DNA from: Erysipelotrichaceae bacterium
GTDB lineage: Bacteria; Bacillota_I; Bacilli_A; RFN20; CAG-826
NCBI GenBank assembly: GCA_963588055.1
Contig: CAVAGB010000002.1
Location: 66,527-130,526, forward strand
DNA length: 64,000 nucleotides
Direction: 5' to 3'
In this document: piece by piece, positions 61,590-64,000 of the stretch
Numbering within the stretch: the stretch's first letter is position 1
How the letters are laid out: each line of letters starts with the position of its first letter
Notes under the pieces: model-generated
Told to the model about the DNA's origin: nothing
Seen by the model: only the letters and a program-made list of their open reading frames with translations
Database searches by the model: none
Made by a program: the position numbers and the translations under genes

Positions 61590-62349
61590 GATCGATGATC
61601 TCCCTCGCCAACGCGAAATAGGCAACCGAGCCGGAAGAGGTCGGGCGGAAAGCGGTCACAGGCATTTGCCTTGCCTGCGATTCTTGGACGGATTGGTTGC
61701 GCGGAATCGCGGTAGAGAAAGTGGATTCGCGGAACAAACGGCGGACTTCTGCGGCGATTTCGGTGCCCAAAACCGTTTTAGAATCGTACATCGTGAGGAG
61801 GAATCCCTCGATTTTGAGCTCTTTGTTCAAGCCGTTTTGGATATTCGAGATGGAACTCAAAACGGAGGCGACGCCCTCCATCGCGAAGTACTCGCATTGA
61901 ACCGGGATGATGACGGAATCGGAGGCTACCATCGCATTGATGGAGAGCAGCCCCAGCGAAGGCGGGCAATCAAGGATGATGTAGTCGTAATCGTTTCTGA
62001 TCGGGGTCAAGGCTTTCTTGAGCAAAGCAAAAGGCTCGGGGACGGCGTTGGAATAAAGCGAAGCCTCCAATCCCGCTAGGCGCAGATTGCCAGGAACGAG
62101 GCAAAGACCATCGAAGGAGGTTTTGATGACGCAGTCTTTTATGGGAAGTCTGCCTTCTAGGACCTCATAGATCGATTTTTTGACGGTCGTGATGTCAATG
62201 CCTACCCCGCGTCCGGAATTCCCTTGGGGATCAAGATCGATGAGCAGGACCTTTTTCTGCAGATGGGACAAAGCGGCTGAAAGGTTGATGGAGGTCGTGG
62301 TTTTCCCCACGCCCCCTTTTTGATTGGCGACCGCGATGACTTTTGACAT
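61576..62349 (-). CDS. parA: ParA/Soj chromosome partitioning ATPase
   Basis: MSKVIAVANQKGGVGKTTTSINLSAAL (deviant Walker A), LLIDLDPQGN and YIILDCPPSLG motifs. Confidence 0.92.
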   Translation of the reverse strand: MSKVIAVANQKGGVGKTTTSINLSAALSHLQKKVLLIDLDPQGNSGRGVGIDITTVKKSIYEVLEGRLPIKDCVIKTSFDGLCLVPGNLRLAGLEASLYSNAVPEPFALLKKALTPIRNDYDYIILDCPPSLGLLSINAMVASDSVIIPVQCEYFAMEGVASVLSSISNIQNGLNKELKIEGFLLTMYDSKTVLGTEIAAEVRRLFRESTFSTAIPRNQSVQESQARQMPVTAFRPTSSGSVAYFALAREIIDHEGR

Positions 62350-62356
62350 GTCAAAA

Positions 62357-62385
62357 ATGATAGATATAACAGCACTTTTTTTCAA
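62357..62385 (-). promoter_or_regulatory. parA promoter placing the TSS at or next to the ATG (leaderless candidate)
   Basis: On the minus strand: TTGAAA, a 17-nt spacer, TATCAT, then ttttgacATG. No SD. Confidence 0.5.
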
Positions 62386-62473
62386 CGTTAACTCAAGCGT
62401 TGTTGCAGCAAGCATAGGTATTTATAAAAATATAAATTTTTCCTGCATTCTTCCTTAGAAAAACAGCATCTGC

Positions 62474-62482
62474 TGTGGATAA
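62474..62482 (-). promoter_or_regulatory. consensus DnaA box (TTATCCACA)
   Basis: The plus strand reads TGTGGATAA, a perfect 9-mer. I found only one copy, next to the AT-rich run GGTATTTATAAAAATATAAATTTTT. Confidence 0.4.
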
Positions 62483-62518
62483 TAAGAACGAGGAGCTTAC
62501 TGGGAAAATTCAAAGCCA

Positions 62519-63037
62519 ATGTCAACAAACAAAAGTTCAAATTGCGAGAATTTTTCCGAGGCAAAACGTGCTGTTTCCAAGCCCAAAAATCGCCTTGATT
62601 CCGTGAGTGGAAACGAAGCCTCAGCGCAAAGCGAGCTGCGTGCTTTTTTAGAAGAATCAGAACGGTACAAAGGCAAACAATTTGCGGTTCGATGTCGGGA
62701 AGAGATGAAATATCGACACATCAACACCCCAAATGCATTTTCGAGAAAAACGAACATATCGAACTCAAACATTTTCTATAAATTGCACGAAGACGACGGA
62801 TATATTCCATCATTCCCCTTTGTGATTGCGATTCTAATCGGTCTTAGTATGCCCCACGACATATGGTTTTCCTTGCTTGCCTCCGCCGGCTATTCTCTAA
62901 ACGAAACAAAATTGCATATGATCTATAAGTTTGCTTTGGACAGGCGGATGAAAATCGAGGCAGTCAACTCCCTCTTAGAGGTGGAAGGATTCAAAGCGCT
63001 CGGAGAACGAACTAAATATAATTCTTTTCCAAAGTGA
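62519..63037 (+). CDS. XRE-like helix-turn-helix protein (low-GC island)
   Basis: INTPNAFSRKTNISNSNIFYKLHEDDGYIPSFPFVIAILIGL fits an XRE HTH pattern. The codons are A/T-rich, unlike the core genes. The N-terminal extent is uncertain. Confidence 0.5.
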   Translation: MSTNKSSNCENFSEAKRAVSKPKNRLDSVSGNEASAQSELRAFLEESERYKGKQFAVRCREEMKYRHINTPNAFSRKTNISNSNIFYKLHEDDGYIPSFPFVIAILIGLSMPHDIWFSLLASAGYSLNETKLHMIYKFALDRRMKIEAVNSLLEVEGFKALGERTKYNSFPK

Positions 63038-63184
63038 TAAAGCGAGCCTCTTAGAAGCAAGCATAAGAAAAAAGTTTAGTTTTTATGGGCACTTTTATTG
63101 TTTTCCGAAATGAGGACATAAGCATTTTCGCCATTTAAACTCCGGCTATGCAAAGCAATTTTGTAGCAGGAGGAAATTCGGGCA

Positions 63185-63826
63185 ATGAAAATGAAAATCG
63201 ATGACGGTTATTGCCATTATTTAGTAGAGGGGGCGACGTTTACAGGCAAATTTCAAATCCCTGTCTTGTTAGAACAACAAGTTGAAATACCTGAAAAACT
63301 CATACCATTCGACAAAAGGAAAATAGAAGACGGCGATCATCAGGCACTTCATTTTTTCATGCACGATGTGACGTTCCCTCAAATCATTACAAACGCGGAT
63401 AAGTACATAGAAGACCTGCGCAAATTCAATTTTGTCATCAGCCCAGATTGCTCATTATATAGAGACATGCCTTTGTGCCTTCAAATTACGAACACTTATT
63501 TTAACCGTGCAGTAGGGCATTATCTCCAAATGCAAGGATTAAAAGTTGTAGCGGATGTCCGATGGGGAGATGAAAGGAGCTTTGAATTTTGTTTTGATGG
63601 GGTTCCAAAAAATAGCATCGTAGCGATCAGCACTCACGGGTGCATCCGTTCCGACGAAAACAAGCATTACTTCCGTATGGGACTGATCGCGTTGCTATCA
63701 AAGCTTCATCCAAAAACCATCCTAGTGCACGGGCCGATGCCCGAAGTCGTTTTTGGAAGCCTGCTCGAGAAAACTCAGTTTATTCATTTTGACCCTTACC
63801 TCAAATTGAAAAAAGGAGACCATTAA
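63185..63826 (+). CDS. DUF4417-family protein (low-GC island)
   Basis: LHFFMHDVTF...FVISPDCSLYRDMP...NTYFNRAVGHYLQMQGLKVVADVRWGDERSFEFCFDG.PKNSIVAIST matches my recollection of DUF4417. Confidence 0.55.
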   Translation: MKMKIDDGYCHYLVEGATFTGKFQIPVLLEQQVEIPEKLIPFDKRKIEDGDHQALHFFMHDVTFPQIITNADKYIEDLRKFNFVISPDCSLYRDMPLCLQITNTYFNRAVGHYLQMQGLKVVADVRWGDERSFEFCFDGVPKNSIVAISTHGCIRSDENKHYFRMGLIALLSKLHPKTILVHGPMPEVVFGSLLEKTQFIHFDPYLKLKKGDH

Positions 63827-63827
63827 A

Positions 63828-64000
63828 ATGGGAAGCGGAAGCTCTAGCGGCTATCAGGGCATCAGCGGAGGGGAAAAATCACAGCCTTATAGCCCTTTTG
63901 GTTACCATGTCGATGAACCCATGCTTCAAAAAGACAAAGAGGATGGAACATGGTCAGAAACAAATGGCTATCGCCAAAATCCAACCGCAGTCAATTTGGA
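63828..64000 (+). CDS. hypothetical protein, N-terminal fragment (continues past window)
   Basis: The ATG at 63828 follows an AAAGGAG SD and lies 2 nt after the DUF4417 stop. The Gly/Ser-rich start is MGSGSSSGYQGISGG. I recognise no motif. Confidence 0.45.
   Translation, partial: MGSGSSSGYQGISGGEKSQPYSPFGYHVDEPMLQKDKEDGTWSETNGYRQNPTAVNL

Noticed and set aside
60756-62349. parS site (TGTTNCACGTGNAACA) within or near parAB
   Set aside because: I did not find the 16-mer or a close variant when reading this region. A computational scan allowing 2-3 mismatches over the whole window would be more reliable.

Overview
This 64-kb window is a compact housekeeping chromosome segment from a Bacillota-like organism using genetic code 11 (TGA acts as a stop at rnj, ispF, ychF and the exonuclease gene). 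I call about 75 protein genes, 7 tRNA genes (all with encoded CCA), a type-B RNase P RNA, a SAM-riboswitch-like leader on metK and a CIRCE operator on htpG. Coding density is high, with many 4-14 nt gene overlaps. Third codon positions are strongly G/C-rich, which produces many long spurious antisense ORFs in the supplied track. Gene order reads like several Bacillus subtilis neighbourhoods (recalled from memory) stitched together. The blocks are spx..yjbK..yjbO, pgsA-cinA-recA..rny-ymdB, ymcB(miaB)/ymcA..miaA, gpsB-rnpB, recU..nth-dnaD and cmk..der..hbs. The genes ponA, mutSL, rpsA and gpsA are missing from the places where I would expect them. The observations I rate highest are these. (1) MiaB carries a C-terminal YmcA/RicA-like domain inside an rny-ymdB-miaB-miaA operon. 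(2) -10 hexamers recur 6-10 nt upstream of start codons that lack a Shine-Dalgarno, suggesting widespread leaderless mRNAs. (3) gpsB, rnpB and pgsA are packed almost without spacers. (4) The CCA-adding enzyme is only 200 aa. (5) A structured 415-bp non-coding gap lies downstream of pepF. (6) GC content and codon usage drop abruptly right after parA, where a low-GC island begins with an XRE-like gene, a DUF4417 gene and an unknown gene, next to a perfect DnaA box. I did not find a CRISPR array, a transposase or a recognisable defence system. Every functional call rests on motif recognition by eye, not on database searches.
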